A stretch of 52,473 bases of DNA, counting the filler, from Sphacelaria rigidula (lineage: Eukaryota): the NCBI GenBank assembly GCA_964200075.2. It is 4 parts of 4 records of this genome, joined end to end, with 100 filler letters (N's around TTAATTAATTAA, not from the genome) between each part and the next. Parts side by side here need not be neighbours in the genome. Positions count along the whole stretch, not along the records: positions 26,290 to 39,332 come from CAXNAA020003210.1; 3 more parts are not named here. One strand, 5' to 3'. The notes under the pieces were generated by a model. It did not search any database. It had not been told where the DNA came from and saw only the letters and a program-made list of their open reading frames with translations. Both the position numbers and the translations under genes were made by a program. Below, piece by piece: positions 26,190 to 39,332 of the stretch; position 1 is the first letter of the stretch; each line of letters opens with the position of its first letter.

Positions 26190-26289
26190 NNNNNNNNNNN
26201 NNNNNNNNNNNNNNNNNNNNNNNNNNNNNNNNNTTAATTAATTAANNNNNNNNNNNNNNNNNNNNNNNNNNNNNNNNNNNNNNNNNNNN
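26190..26289. other. Artificial contig linker (N44-TTAATTAATTAA-N44)
   Basis: Stop cassette at 26234-26245; adjacent contig ends are poly-C and poly-G tracts. Confidence 0.97.
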
Positions 26290-27363
26290 GGGTGTTTTCC
26301 CAATAAAAAAGCGGGGAGGGGGCGAGGGGGGTTCCGGAGGGAGAGGGGGGGGGAGAGGGGGGGGGGGGGGGGGGGTATCATAGAAAAAATCAAGTGAGAG
26401 CCAAGTTGGGGCGCAGATCGTATCTCATGAACGGAATCACTTCCTGTACTTTAGTTAGGATCATCCGAGAAATAAAAGGGGGGATATGCCCAAAGAACAA
26501 GACGAAAAAACTCGTGAAACGTGTTGATACATACACAATTTCGGTCCTTATTTTGTTGTCCAATTTTGGCCGATTTCGGCCACTTCAACACCGGGTTTTG
26601 CTGAAGTCGGCCGATATTTGCCATTTTCATGCTGGACGAAAGCGGTAACTTGACGAAGTGGTTGTGAGTGAGGCGGAGCTAGCCTCTGTACATCAAGCTA
26701 GCTGAAACGATGAACTTTTGACGTATTTTCCCCTCCTGTCATCGGGCTTTCCCTTCCTTCTACTCCCGGAATAGGGGGAGAAACACGGCCATTTCCGGGC
26801 CGACTGATTAATTTTAGCCGTTCGGCCCCATGGCGGAAATGGAAACTGTATAACACAAGCGAATAGGTTTCAACTAAAAAAACGCCATATAATAAACGAA
26901 AGAAGAATCGGGCACGGTTGAGAGCCCGTATACAAACAATTCGGCCCTAACTTATGGTACAGAGAAAATGTAACAAGGAGGTGTACTCAGCGATAATATC
27001 GTCCCGTTGCACTGATCGAGATCAGAGCAGTATACCTAGGACCATTATTACCGACATTGTTTTTTCGGAGATGCTCAGCATTTTTCGGACTTTTTTGGAC
27101 TCTGCGTCCGGACTTCTTCTCCGAACACGAAGCGACTTGATTTTTTCTCCGTAGCTTCATTTTTGGAAAAGTCCGGGAAACCCGGATTGCAACGCAGCTC
27201 TTCGGAGACCTACCTACCCTCTGTGTACGTTATGGCGATCGCAAAATTCGAGACTTAGCAGGTAACTTGTCAGTCCCAAAATTTTCGGACATCTCCGGAA
27301 ACCCATTGTCGAAAATGTTAAACCTAAGCGTGGCAGGTTTCAAGTATAAAAATGGGCTACTTA

Positions 27364-27612
27364 GACACTTTCTACGATAGCCCCCCCCCCAAAAAGTGCA
27401 TGGTTTTGGGAGGCAAAATCTTCACGTGAATCGAAATGGGAAACGCCGAGCACAACGAGAAGCTGGGAATTTTCACGCTTGGGTTCGCTCTAGCCAATGT
27501 CGCCAACATGAGGCGCTTCATGCAGTCTGAACCCGAACATCAGGCGCTGTATGACCATTTTTTTCGTGACACTTTTAGCTGGTTTGGGGGGGGGCTATCG
27601 TAGAGAGTGTCC
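27364..27612. mobile_element. Tourist/PIF-Harbinger-type MITE
   Basis: TIR GACACTTTCTACGATAGCCCCCCCC / GGGGGGGCTATCGTAGAGAGTGTCC; TTA on both flanks (27361-27363, 27613-27615). Confidence 0.75.
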
Positions 27613-27722
27613 TTAGCAACATATTTCCACCCATGGTAATTCTTGTGCTGAGGGGTAGTCGGAGCAGGAAACGCTAACTTGATCCCACCCGATCGCATCT
27701 AACACCGTTTTGTTGTTGACAG

Positions 27723-28369
27723 ACCGACCACGCGACACTACAAACCAAGAGGATATGCGACGACATCAAGAACGGCCTTAAAGGTAGGACTACTATCTGT
27801 ATAATGGACTCTTAAGCTACGTCTACGTGAACGAAGTCTTGGTAACTGGGCGTGTGAACGGCGTTCTATTCAACGAATTTCACCAGGGCGTACATGTTGC
27901 CTTCCCACGTTATCTTCACTGCTTGCTTATTGTGTAGAGATGAATCTAGCGCGGTACAAGTACATCGTGCAGGTAGTAATAGGCGAGCAGAGAGGAGAAG
28001 GAGTACGCATGGGGAGCCGCTGTTTCTGGGATTCTGAGACGGACAACATTGCCAATGAGACATACGTCAATGTGAGAACTCTGGTCATAGGTGCTTACTT
28101 TAAGGTTTTCAGGATGAAACGTCAAGTTTCAGGATTTTTTAGCACAAAAGCATATGCCGAACCACGCTGCAGGAGCAGCAGCGATGGGGATCAATTCAGC
28201 AAAGGATCAAGAAGACTTACTTAGGTAACCAATGTAAGGATGGCGTCGCATCCCACGCTGTGGCTGACAGCAGCCACGCCACCTGGTTTCATGTGCTTAT
28301 TTGCTATCCTTCAACTGACAGGACAGCATCTTCTGCGTGGCGACGGCGTATGCAGTATACCTGTGCTAA
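27723..28369 (+). CDS. TCTEX1D2: Tctex-1 family dynein light chain, TCTEX1D2/DYNLT2B type; last three exons
   Basis: Exons 27723-27783 (TDHATLQTKRICDDIKNGLK), 27938-28071 (EMNLARYKYIVQVVIGEQRGEGVRMGSRCFWDSETDNIANETYVN) and 28322-28369 (DSIFCVATAYAVYLC*). GT-AG, phases consistent. VQVVIGEQRGEGV..SRCFWD..TDN is characteristic of TCTEX1D2. Confidence 0.88.
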
Positions 28370-29317
28370 GGTTGCTGGCAAATGGTATGAGGAGCGGTAT
28401 TCATGGTCCGGGTTTGGACTTTGTACCGTCCAAGACTTCTGCCACTGCGCTCGACAACGGAGACGTAGGTTGGTGATCGTCACAATGCTGGAAAACATGG
28501 AAGCGTAAGGCCGGCAGCCGGCTTGTGTGAGGATGCCACCTTGCTTCGCCCTCGAACCGTCTGTTGATGGCAAACCTCGATAGAGCACGAAACTGTTGGT
28601 TGCAAAGGATGGGCGCGAGGATTTTGCTAGCGCTTGGCTCGTCGCTGAGCCACTTCAGTCCAGACGGGTCGCCCAAGAGTAAACCTTTGTTATGTACTAC
28701 ACAGATGACGCCACCTACGCTTGTGATACTACACGCTTCACGTGTGTCGGTGTGGCAGCGAAGGCTGCCACGAGATAAGGTCGGCGAAGGGCCACAGGTA
28801 GGGTGATAGGTGTAACAAGTCGGTGATGGACGACTTGGCGCAATTTCTTTGCACACTGGTGTTTGCATGCGACAAAATGCACATTGAACCTCCAACGTTG
28901 AGCCATTCCATCCAAGCACGCTATATAGCCCAGTCGATCGCCGGCGATGTTGTCTCCACGACGCGGTGTCGCCTCGAGCTCGTTGCTCACCGCAACGGTG
29001 ATACTAATCGTTCATTCCGCTGTTTTCCCCGACAGTCCTGGACTTGTTGGGGTGGTGGAAGCGTTGCGTAGGTCAATGGGGGTGGATAAACGTTCCTTAC
29101 AGAGATGCCGTTGTGAATGAGGGTAGTCTACGATGTGGTAATTCAATTAAGTCGAACAACCGGCGTTCATACATGCGCATACCGTCAATATGTACGCGGC
29201 TCCAGGCCCTACCCATGCTCAGCCACAGACTTCGTCGGACCTCGCTATGCGACCCCGGTGTAACCACTACGGTATTAATCCACGGACGCTACCTCTCGAC
29301 AACAAGGGAAGCTAGAT

Positions 29318-32300
29318 CTATGTGCAACCGAAAGAATATTGACGATCCCGTAATGGTCGCACAGCACCATCGTCATCGCGTTCGGCCTTACACGCCAACG
29401 AACTGCCGTGTGACGAAAGTGATATCTTCATGTCAACCGAAGAACTCGGTTCTCCTCTAGCCAAAGGGAGTCCGATCTCGTCCCCCTCTTCCTCGGAAGA
29501 AAATCCCAAGTCTGGCGGCGTCCAGGGCTCATCGCCGGGGGACGTATCTCCAGTAATAAACCTCAGTCGCGACCCCGGCCCTACACGGCGAGCACCGCGC
29601 TTAGCGTCGCTATTCAACGCAGTATCCACACCACCCTCTCCCTCGTCCATGCGACCGCTTTTGCTCTTTTCAGCCCCATTAGCTTCGCCGATCTTCTTAT
29701 CTTCGCGTCTATCGTTATCGCTGCCACTGTTGTTGCCGGTAATGTCATTGATGTCGACACCGCCGCGGTTCGTGACCTCGTTGTCACGGTGCCTGGTAGC
29801 TAGTCTGGACCGTTCAGCGGCCACGAAATCCACGACACCGGCCAGCTCCTCGTCGTCGCTGACATTGTCGTTGTCGTTTTCGTTGTCGTTGTCGTTGTTG
29901 CTATCATCGTCGGAGAAAAAAAGCTCTGGAAAGACACCTGCTGCTGCACTATTCGTGTCTCCCTCTTTGACACGATGAGTAGCAGCTTCGGTATCTACCT
30001 GGGATGAGTTGTAGCTTGCTGCGCTTGTTTCGATCTTGCTTGCGATTGATATTTCCCCATCTGTGCTTGTGGTCGTTGAGTCTCTCGTGCGATTGCTCTC
30101 TGCCGGCCCGCCAGGTAGTTCTCGCGAGTCTTTGTGTGGCAAAGTTGCTCTAGTCGGGGCTTGTGGGGAAGTATGTTGGTCTGCAGGCCCGCCATCCGGC
30201 TTAGTACTGAGACCAGTGCTGCTGCCGGTTCTGCTGTGTACACTGTCTTTTGCCAGTGCACCAGGAGAGCGCGGCGTTATCGGAAGTGACGCGGAGGTCG
30301 ATCCACCCTGGGACGCGGGGCTGATGCGTCCCTCCCCCTGCGTGACGATGAGTAAAACAGCCAAATTCATCGAGAGAGGGATCGTAGTCGCTATCTTGAT
30401 TGCCTGAGTGACTTCTTTCTCGAGATGCTATGTGTAAACCAACGCTGGTAATCACACTTACTTTACGGTGGGATACTGAGCCAGAAAGTTAGGGGGGCTA
30501 GCCACCTCACCCGGTATCCTCGAACAAGCTACAAGCAACACACGGATCATGCCCACAGCGGAGTTGCGTGCCGATTGCATTAGGGCGAATGCATGAATAA
30601 CACCCTATCCCTTTACCGAGTCAAGACTTTGTCTACACAGTTTATGTCCCTTACGTCCCTCACAGCAGGGGACCGACGGCTAGCTCACCCTATCGTGTTC
30701 CATGTCGTAGCTCCCCACCCGTGATGTTGGCGACATACTTACGGCGCTCTCCCCTTCTTCTCCGGCTTTCGAGTCAGAGGATACCGATCGGTCAAACTTC
30801 TCCCAAACGGCATGCTGCGCGTGCAGCCTGTCGAGGCCACCCCCTTCGGACAAGCTCCACCTGCTGTGCGCGCTTTCATCTAGCAGGCTACCGCTCTCGC
30901 TTGGGTCGTCGGCGCTTGGTCGTCCCTCCACCCCGTTTCCCTTTCCTTTTTTCTGTTCCTCTCCCCTCACCTCCTTTTCGTCCATTTTCACGATCACGCT
31001 TGAACCGCCTTCGTCCGTTATCTTGCCATCGCCCGGCACGTTACACTCTTGTCGGGATTGTGTGGACGTTTCTCCCTCGGTTGCCGCCTCAGACTCGAGG
31101 TGACTAGCGTTCGTCGATCCATCTCCACCACCACCATCGTCACCGCCGCCTCCGCCACAGCCGGTTTTTGGTTTAGTGTCCCCCTGTAGATTCGTTGGTG
31201 CCACTGTCGCTTCTGCTATTTCCGCCTTCGCCGCCAAATGTCTGCTTTTAGATTGCGCAGCGCTGGTCGCTGCGGTGGCGTCGTCTGTTGGAGATGCAGA
31301 ACTGCTTTCGTCCGAGGACAACGACATTGACAGATTGAAACTTTTGGAAGAGATTTCCCCCAAAAACTGAGGTTTCGTCGCTGTGCCTTCAGCGCCATCT
31401 CCCTCTCCGACTCGGTCGACGTCCCCTCCACTATGCAACTCATCGACAGTAGCTGCCTTCTCGCGCACCGTTGCCTCTCGAAGTCCACTTACGGGCTCGC
31501 TATTTAAAAGATCCTTGTGGCCTCTTGGCTGAGATGTACGGACATCCGCTTGACCCAGAAGCGACGGCGTGTTTGGCGACGAAGGTTCGCCACCAGGACC
31601 ATCCCCTTCCGTGTTGGATCTCGCCGCATCTCCTTTGCTCATCGTGCCTGTGGGTATTGTGTCTGTCTCTTTCTTCTTGTGCTCAACGGTGCTACAGTGT
31701 GCAGTTCCCTGGCGGTACTCGCAAGAGGATGATCCACTAGGAGTCGATCCGAGGCGTTTCAAGAATCCGCCCAGTCCCATGCTTCTCAACGGCCTCGCCA
31801 AGGAGGGGACCTGATGAGTACTCCGCTCTACCGCGGCCACTACGTCTTGCTGACTCTCTGCGTTAACCCTGAAAGTGAAGAGCACAGGGGGTCAAGGTAT
31901 CCGTGTCAGAGTTTTGGCGAGGGCTTCTTCTGTAAAAATATATCTCGAAACAAATTTTGGTGATCCGAGCGATCGACCAGGTTGGAACATCAGAGTTGTC
32001 AAGGGTCGTGTAGCGTAGAGCACAGAAGATGCAATGAGGCCGGGTCACTGTTTGAGAAAACCCGACCACGCGATTTGACCAATGCTTTCCGATTTGTTTG
32101 TTGACCTGGTAGGGGCCAGCGCCTGCGCTAGAGCGCACATCGCCTGTGCGAGAGCGAATATGGGAACGCACGGGCGAGGGGTGCAAAAGGAACTCAAACG
32201 ATTTTGTAAGGATTTAAGTAAACATCATTTAGTTGCCGTCCGGAGCTACGAACATGTTGTGTTGGCTCAAAGCTCCAGGTGTGACCGGGTGCCGACCTGT

Positions 32301-35300
32301 CTTCTTTAGCGTCGTGGGCTCCAGCTCCTGTGTTTCCAGCACCAGCGTCGCTGTCCTCGTCGTCAGGTTTTCCCCTCGTTCCCGCCTCCCGAGTGTTGGT
32401 ATCCTCCCGTACGTTGTTCACTTGCTCTCGCCAGAGACCTTCGAGGCAGCGTAGCCTTAGCGCATGCCCGCAGACTTCCTCGCCCAGCTCTTCGATCCTA
32501 TAAATGCATCATATTCCCGCATACAATGATCGATGAAGAGAGGGAAGTTGACACGCGACCAGCTGCTGAGAAATGAAGCGAACGAATAATAGCGCTTGGC
32601 TGGGAAATCGTGTAGGGGGCGTTCTCATGTGTTGCTCACCTTAGTCGTTTGACCATTGACCACGCATCTATTTCGAGACGGAGCACCGTTCCTACTCCTA
32701 ATAGAGACATAGGGAAATCATATAGAGACATAGGGAAATCGTGTAGGGGGGGTACCGGTGTTAGGGGTCTTCACGAAACATCGGTTATAGTATGCAACGA
32801 CGAGGGAATATTGAAGCAGTGGGCCATGAACTCGATCTCAACTCAACCCCTTCCGCAATAGCACCGGGATACAAGTGGCTGTCTAACGGGCAGGGTATAA
32901 GACCCCGGTAACACAAACGTACACGTACAGGGCAGAAAAATGATGAGAAGCAAACAGTTCCCCTAGAAGACACGCGCATCCGTACAGGACGAGCGTGCAT
33001 ACGATCCTTCCCCCCTACGCGCCACACGGGAAAGATACGCATACGTCTCAAGAGCAAGTATTTTCCCACGCGTGTATGGCCTTGAGAAAACAACATGCTC
33101 AAGACGGGGGAACCCCCACGTCGGGAGCTACGATTCGCCGCGAAGACTGCCAGAAGAGCGACAAGGCAACGGGTGCTCGGGCGGGGGGGGGGGGTGCTTA
33201 TACTGCCGCGCGTTCCTCCCCGCCCCTTCGAGCTCGTCGTCTTCCACTTCTGGTGCCCCGTTTTTACCGGAGCGTCGGTCACTAGCTACCTTCCTTCGAA
33301 GTAGGTGTTCCTCGCAGCCGCCGCTGCAACCCCCGTGACGAGCGTATCCACTGTCTTTGTGACTTTTTCCAGTTGTTCTTTTTCCTGCGTCGGCGTTGGG
33401 AGCAATTCTGGCGGCTGTGTCGCCGCGACTTCGGCAGCCGCTGCTGAGCGTAGTTCAAACCGCTCTGGCTCTTCTAGCTGGGAGAAAAGGTAATCAACGA
33501 TCAATGACATGCGACCGCGCGTGGCGGGGGGAGCCCAGCGGCGGTATCGGGCGTCGAAAAAGTATATTGAGTCGAAAATGACGGGCAGTTGGGAACTCGG
33601 CACAGTGGAGGTTTCACTGTGGATCTCACCGCCGTGCGGCGAGTTTCCAGTCTGGTGTGAGAGAACCATGAGGGGGGTCCACGCTATACTGCAGTTTTTT
33701 GTAATTGATTGAAGCCGATGCGACCCGGTGATCTAAATTCAAACGGTACATGAGTAATCAGTTAAGACGCGCGAGTTGGAGGGTTCGAATCCCAACACAT
33801 ACCGCCCTTTAGCCAATAAAATATGTTGTCCGTCCTCGAATGTGTGAGGACGCGAGTGGCAAATAGAGTTTCGACGAAAGTCGACGTGTGGTGTGGGAGT
33901 GTTGGTCATGATCTAATCTTCGATACCAATATCTTGGGCAGGTATTGAGAGAGAGAGATGAGTTGATTCCTCCAGAATACGGAATCGTCCCGAATAAGGG
34001 GAGGGGTTGAAGTGATGCCGAAAAAGTACGGAAAGGCAATAGTACAGCGGTTCGGACTCGTGACAAGCGATGTCGAGCGCTCTATGCTGGAGCACAGCCC
34101 TTCAAGTGACAGTACGATCGTGCGTCTCTTGAAAGGAAATCTACAGCGGGCAAGGATGAAACTCTTCCTTGTAGGGGTGTTGAACTACATCGTTTCTTGT
34201 CTTGCTAAGGCCGCTTGTTGTGACAAACAAACAAAAGGAACATGTTAAAATGCCTTTTTGACCTCCTGCGTCGTTTTACGCCCTAAACAAGGGCTAGGTG
34301 GATGCTGACACCTTGGAATGCCTTGCTATCCTCGTTGACCCGATTGCAGGACACACCTTTGTGTCTTCCGGTGGTCGCAGTTTCATTTCGGCCGAACTTG
34401 CATTCTTGTCCAAGAGCGGTCAAGAACGGTCAAGAATGGTCAAGCCCAGAAAACAAATGTAATTTTTACTTCTGGACTTGACCGCTTTTGGACAAAGATG
34501 CCAGTTCGGCCAAAAGTAAAACTGCAACCACCGCAAGGCACAAAGTTGTCCTGCAAGCGGATCAACGAGTATAGCGAGGCCTTCCAAGTTGTCGACATCC
34601 GCCTAGCTCTTTTTCAGGGAATAAAACGACGCAGAAGGACCAAAAGGCAGCTTTACTGGATTTCTTTGTTTGTTTCCCACAAGAAGCAGCCTGAATGAGA
34701 TAGATATTTACGCGATGGTAACTGTGCCCCGTTTCTTCTAGCGAAATTCCCTCTAAAAGAAGGGTCCGCTCAATCAAGGACGGGAAATGTATCGCGAAGA
34801 AAGTTTTGAAAAGCAAGTCCATAGGCGTGTCTTACCAATTTGTTTCATTTGTTCGCGCTATCAGCTTTGACGCATACTGAGCACGCGAAATGAAAACAGT
34901 ACTACCTCGCCCAACATGATCTTTTCACGGAAAAACAGTACTTGTTTGTCCCGGAGCCTTCAAACAACTGTCCCGAACCTCTCACCCTCTTAATCCTGTC
35001 ACGTATCGCGCGGATGGCTTTATCTAAGTCCGTCGTCAGTCCATCCGACGCTGCCTTCGTGGCCTGCAAACGATGCAAGTACGTTGCCGGGGGGCGGGGT
35101 TAGTCCGGTGCAGGACATACAACGGGACTAGAGGATGACTTGGGTTTCAATTCTGGCGAGGCACCCAAACATAGTTCTTGACTCGAGGGAACGGAGTGTT
35201 CCCTCAAACGAAAAAAGTTCGTTCGAAGACCGGTCTTTGGCGTTTAATGGCAGACATAATGAAAAGTCATTTCTCAGAAGAAGCGCACGTGACAAGAACC

Positions 35301-35796
35301 TACACCGTCCCAAGAGGGCTCCGCCATCTCACATTCCGGCAAACTCATGACATAAACGGTACGCTCGCGAGGATTCCAATGCCCTGGTCGTTCGTCATTG
35401 CTAGGTAAGCGACTTGCTGTTGATATACTAGTGCCACGGCAAGAACCGGCGTCACGCACGGCGTAGAGGACACTGAATTCCTAGAGGAACGAACTCGAGA
35501 CCAGTAAATCGCGTGCAGTATCCTGCACGACCGAGTGCTCCCAGATTAAGGGTGCGGCGTATCTTACCCTTCCATTCGCAGGTGCGCTCTGCCCTATCGC
35601 CGTCCGCTGACGCTCGAAAAAGTCGCCAACATGTGGCATGATCGCTTGCCCTCAATATTACATTAATATTGACCCCTCCCGGCGAAAATCCGGGGTGTTC
35701 CGTCCCGGCTTTGTGGGGATGCGAGATCAATGGTCATATGACTATGGCATGCAAGATCATGAGTACACCCCCCACATACACACACGCACACATACG

Positions 35797-35827
<31 letters not shown>

Positions 35828-38800
35828 ATACACACACCTTTTGAGCCCCGATATGAGCCTCCCTCGATCTCCTCTCGCATTCTCGGTCAATGCGGTTCAA
35901 TCTCCCTCCAAGACGTTTCTCCAGAGCAAGTATGGTGTCGGGTACATCGGCTAACCCTAGTGTACACACCGGAGAAGTGCGTGATCATCAAAAATGAAAT
36001 ACAATTTTACTCCAATACTTCAGACGGAACAGGGAACGGGCTGAATCGAAATTGAGATGCTCGAACTTGGGAACAATCAATGCGACCGGCTTGAGTGGAC
36101 ACGTGCAGCGTGATAGCTGGTGCTTCTCACAAGACGCTCGAATCCTTTCAGTATGTTGGACGGCTGAACCTACTGTACCCTACCTTGCGCGATAGTAACA
36201 TCACCCCGCAGCCTGCCAAGAGCGTCCTCGTGCCCGCTTGCTTGGATCTCCATCTGGTATTTTGCGTGTGCAAGATTTTGATTTTTTTGTGAAAAACAAG
36301 GCGACTTTTATACTCTCGAACGGCTGCTACGCAATTCTTCTCCGCTGTATTTACTCGTCGCTCGTTTCTTCCTTCTCTCTCGGTAGCTCATATTTTTCCG
36401 TATTGAGGAACATATCAACGACCCAGCCCCCCAAGGGGAACTCGAAGCAACAAAACCCCTCGCTCGAAGTCACCAAGTTCTGGCAACTCTGACGCAATTC
36501 GAATACGGGTCCCAAACGTCTCCAAAACGGCCGCGGCCGAGGCGCGTTTGTGACATACAGCAACCATGGTCTCTGTCACGGGCGCGATTCCCGAATATCC
36601 CTTCGCTTGTCGTGGGTATGAGCGACGGACGAGCAACAACACAGAAGTGTTGTCAGCTTCGAAATCGACAATACCGGTTGTACCGCCGGAAAAAACGTTC
36701 GGGATCCGGCGATCCTCGTTACCTCCGCGAGACGACGGTCGACTTCTTCTCTGGTGTTGCGGGAAAGGTGCGCAGCATCCTGTGCCGCGTCGCTCAGCTT
36801 AGTTCGAACATGCGCTTCGATCCTTTGCCACAACTGCGAGACGCAAAAGGACAAGCCAGGCGCACGGTCAGCAAGCCGAGGATGGAAGCGTCCCAGTATT
36901 TGTTGTCCACGTTACATCAAGGCATTCTTCACCAACATTGTAATTTCAGGTAGTAATAGGTCGGAGTGTCCGCCTTTTATCCTTGTCTAGGTTTTTGTGC
37001 CGTCCAGTACTTGCAGTCCCGCCAGGGTCGCAAACAAAACCTCCCAGTGGAAGATAAAATGTTTGTGCGTGTACGTTCTGCCATAAACGGTACAAGACGA
37101 CGACTGTCGACCCACCCGTTCCTCCGCTGCGGAGGCTGCCTCTTCTGCTGCCCCCTCGGCAACAGATTTAACCTGTGCTGGGCTGACCAAAGGAACCGCC
37201 ACCGGTGGCGGCATTGGAGGCGGCAATTCCACCGCTTTCTTTTCGGCCGCAGACTGTCTTCTTCGGACCTCCTCGAGCTCTTCTAACAGATGCGCCTGTC
37301 CCAATCGATGATGACATTCGGTTGGACGTCATCGTAACACAGTGGAAGATCTTGTGGTAGTGGATGTGTCAAAATTGGAGACTAATAGTTTTCGGTGTTT
37401 TCTTCAAAGTCTCTGATTTCCGTTGTTGGAAGCGTGAGGAAGTAAGTAGCAATACGAGTTTGTTTGACTGGGTTTGTTTGACGAAGTCGATACGGTGCGG
37501 GAGTACCCATCCATCCACGATGTCAAGATGTGTGGCATGCCCTCGGGGAGAACGGGGCTGATCTCTCGGCATAACAGACTTATCCCGAGGAGGGGGTAGG
37601 GCTCGAAGTGTGTCGAGGAAAAGAGTGGGTGGTTCGCGTGCTGGGTTTTTCGTTTTTATGTGCGTAAAGGGTGAACATGCACAAATACACCTGCTGCGTC
37701 ATGGATCCACAGAACGATCATTTTCTTCTAGCTGTTGACACACCAATGAAATATCTGAGCCGATTTGTCGGCGGCAGGAAATCACAGGGCAAAAGTTGTC
37801 AAGCACGCATCCGGTAGGAGTATCTGCGCTCTTTGAGACGAGCAAATCAAATGTACGTATGTATACATCACACGAACCAACTGCACGGGCGCGGCTGTTG
37901 TCGACATCTCACCCTGACGGGTGCAAGGGCAGTGGCCGTCGCCGTTTCGGCGGCCTTGAGGGTCGCTCCCACCGCCGCCGACAGGTCGGCCTGCGTGATC
38001 CTGTCACCGAGCTCGCCGATCGCCTGGTGCTGGGTCTGACACCGCCGTGTGAGAACGCGGCTGTCCTCAGCCAATGACTCCATCGTGGCATCGGTTCGGG
38101 CGCACCAACCCTCGCGATCTGCTCGCCAGCCTTCTATTTCAATGATGCTGCTCCTGAAGTGGACGTCGCGGTGGGGTGTGCACGTAGCGACGTCTCGGCA
38201 CAACTGCGTCGGTTGTTGCAATGCTTGCGGTGTAAACTGTATGTGGGTTTTATTTTCCCCCCTCGGACTCACAGGATAGTGGTGAAGAAGTGAGCGAGTA
38301 GAGCCCGGAACAGGGCTCGGGGCAGCGCTCGGAGTACTATGTGCTGCCTTTGCTGTTCGTCTACATATGCTGTATATATACATGCGTACAAATTTTCCGT
38401 TCACTTGTTTTCCCGGGCAGTGCTTACTCATGTTGAAAGTTCAAGAACGACAACCGTTCGCCTAGGGCGCGGAACGAGAAAATTCCATGGTGTAAAAAAA
38501 CAAAATCCTCAGAGAATATGCCGTTTGTTTACCTGTAACTTGAGTACGTTTCCATCCCGTCACCATGATGGGCTTCACACCGGATCCGTCAACGTGGGAC
38601 AATCGACCAACAGGGTTTTCCCATGGGCAAATGCTTGTCAACAAATGTCTGGGTACCACACCTGTTCCGTCTCCCGTCTGCCTGGATCTGTTCGAGGACA
38701 GCGTCTTGGGACATGGCGGCGCCGTCATACTTGCGAACAGTTTTCCCTAGGCCTGAAACTTCCGTCGTAAGCTCTTCGATTCGCTGCTTTAGGGCGTCAC

Positions 38801-38834
38801 TTGCTCGCTCCGCGACGGAGACTCGTTGATCCAC
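29318..38834 (-). CDS. Hypothetical protein with N-terminal coiled-coil and long acidic/Ser-Gly disordered C-terminus; 5' end not resolved
   Basis: Eleven phase-consistent GT-AG exons: 38834-38662, 38153-37913, 37295-37116, 36833-36723, 36253-36184, 35956-35838, 35063-34986, 33477-33290, 32497-32297, 31868-30689 and 30337-29318 (stop). Heptad-like segments (DALKQRIEELTTE, LLEELEEVRRRQ, DLDKAIRAIRDRIKRLEE); no recognised domain. Confidence 0.75.
33721..34011 (+). mobile_element. tRNA-derived SINE copy
   Basis: Head CGACCCGGTGATCTAA, B box GGTTCGAATCCC, body GACGAAAGTCGACGTGTGGTGTGGGAGTGTTG, end GGGGAGGGGTTGAAG. Confidence 0.65.
34209..34691. mobile_element. Foldback MITE (near-complete ~480-bp palindrome), PIF/Harbinger-like ends
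   Basis: Arms of ~235 bp pair along their whole length (CTGCGTCGTTTTA / TAAAACGACGCAG; TTCGGCCGAACT / AGTTCGGCCAAA; GTCCAAGAGCGGTCAAG / CTTGACCGCTTTTGGAC). Ends GGCCGCTT...AAGCAGCC flanked by TAA / TGA. Confidence 0.8.
35775..35837 (+). repeat. Imperfect (CA)n/(CG)n microsatellite at a splice donor
   Basis: CACACGCACACATACGCGCGCGCGCACACACACACACACACACACATACACACAC, directly abutting exon 35838-35956. Confidence 0.9.
37372..37608 (+). mobile_element. tRNA-derived SINE copy (diverged, head lost)
   Basis: TCTGATTTCCGTTGTTGGAAGCGTGAG, GTTTGACGAAGTCGATACGGTGCGGGAGTAC and GAGGGGGTAGGGCTCGAA are the reverse complement of the 14067 / 20395 copies. Confidence 0.6.
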
Positions 38835-39271
38835 CTACTCAACGTGGGTGTGCGCGCGAGTGATTGACGTGTTCTTCATTCAGTTTGTATAGGTTTGCCG
38901 ATACGAGATGAAGAGTCACAATTGACCACGAGGCGGTCACGCTTGCTCGGTGGGATTCTCTTTACGGTTCTACTACATAGGCGAGAGGAAGGCGACAGGG
39001 TATGGATCTGCATAGCGCGTAAGTATACCACGGTACTGTATCGGACGCAATGCGGAAGCAATTCCTCCTCAACAAGAAGAAAATGAACCTAGCGGGAACG
39101 AAGCACTGGAACATCTACCGTTGCTACTTGGCCGTCACCCAGCGCGGCAAAAGTTGGGCATCCACAACTAAGGTGGTGATAAAAGGATCGCGAAGTATTG
39201 TATAGCCAGCACTTTATGCACTTACAGCTACGATAGAACACCTACATATCCTCTTCGCCCTGTAGCCGGTC

Positions 39272-39332
39272 GCCCCGGTGGCTCAGTTGATAACCTCGTA
39301 ACCTTCTGATGGTTGAGTTGGGGGGTTCGATT
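39272..39332 (+). mobile_element. SINE tRNA-like head cut by contig end
   Basis: GCCCCGGTGGCTCAGTTGAT (A box) ... GGTTCGATT (B box); same GCCCCGGTGG start as the SINE family; no clean anticodon arm. Confidence 0.6.

Noticed and set aside
26113-26375. Poly-C and poly-G tracts as G-quadruplex or poly-Pro coding
   Set aside because: Homopolymers at contig ends where the assembly broke; their lengths are unreliable.
7744-28369. CPS, OGT and dynein light chain as a functional cluster
   Set aside because: They lie on different, artificially joined contigs.
29430-30407. Long plus-strand ORFs (182 and 123 aa) as overlapping genes
   Set aside because: Antisense shadows of the GC-rich low-complexity minus-strand exon.
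39272-39332. Possible tRNA gene
   Set aside because: A and B boxes are present but there is no convincing anticodon stem, and the start matches the SINE family head.
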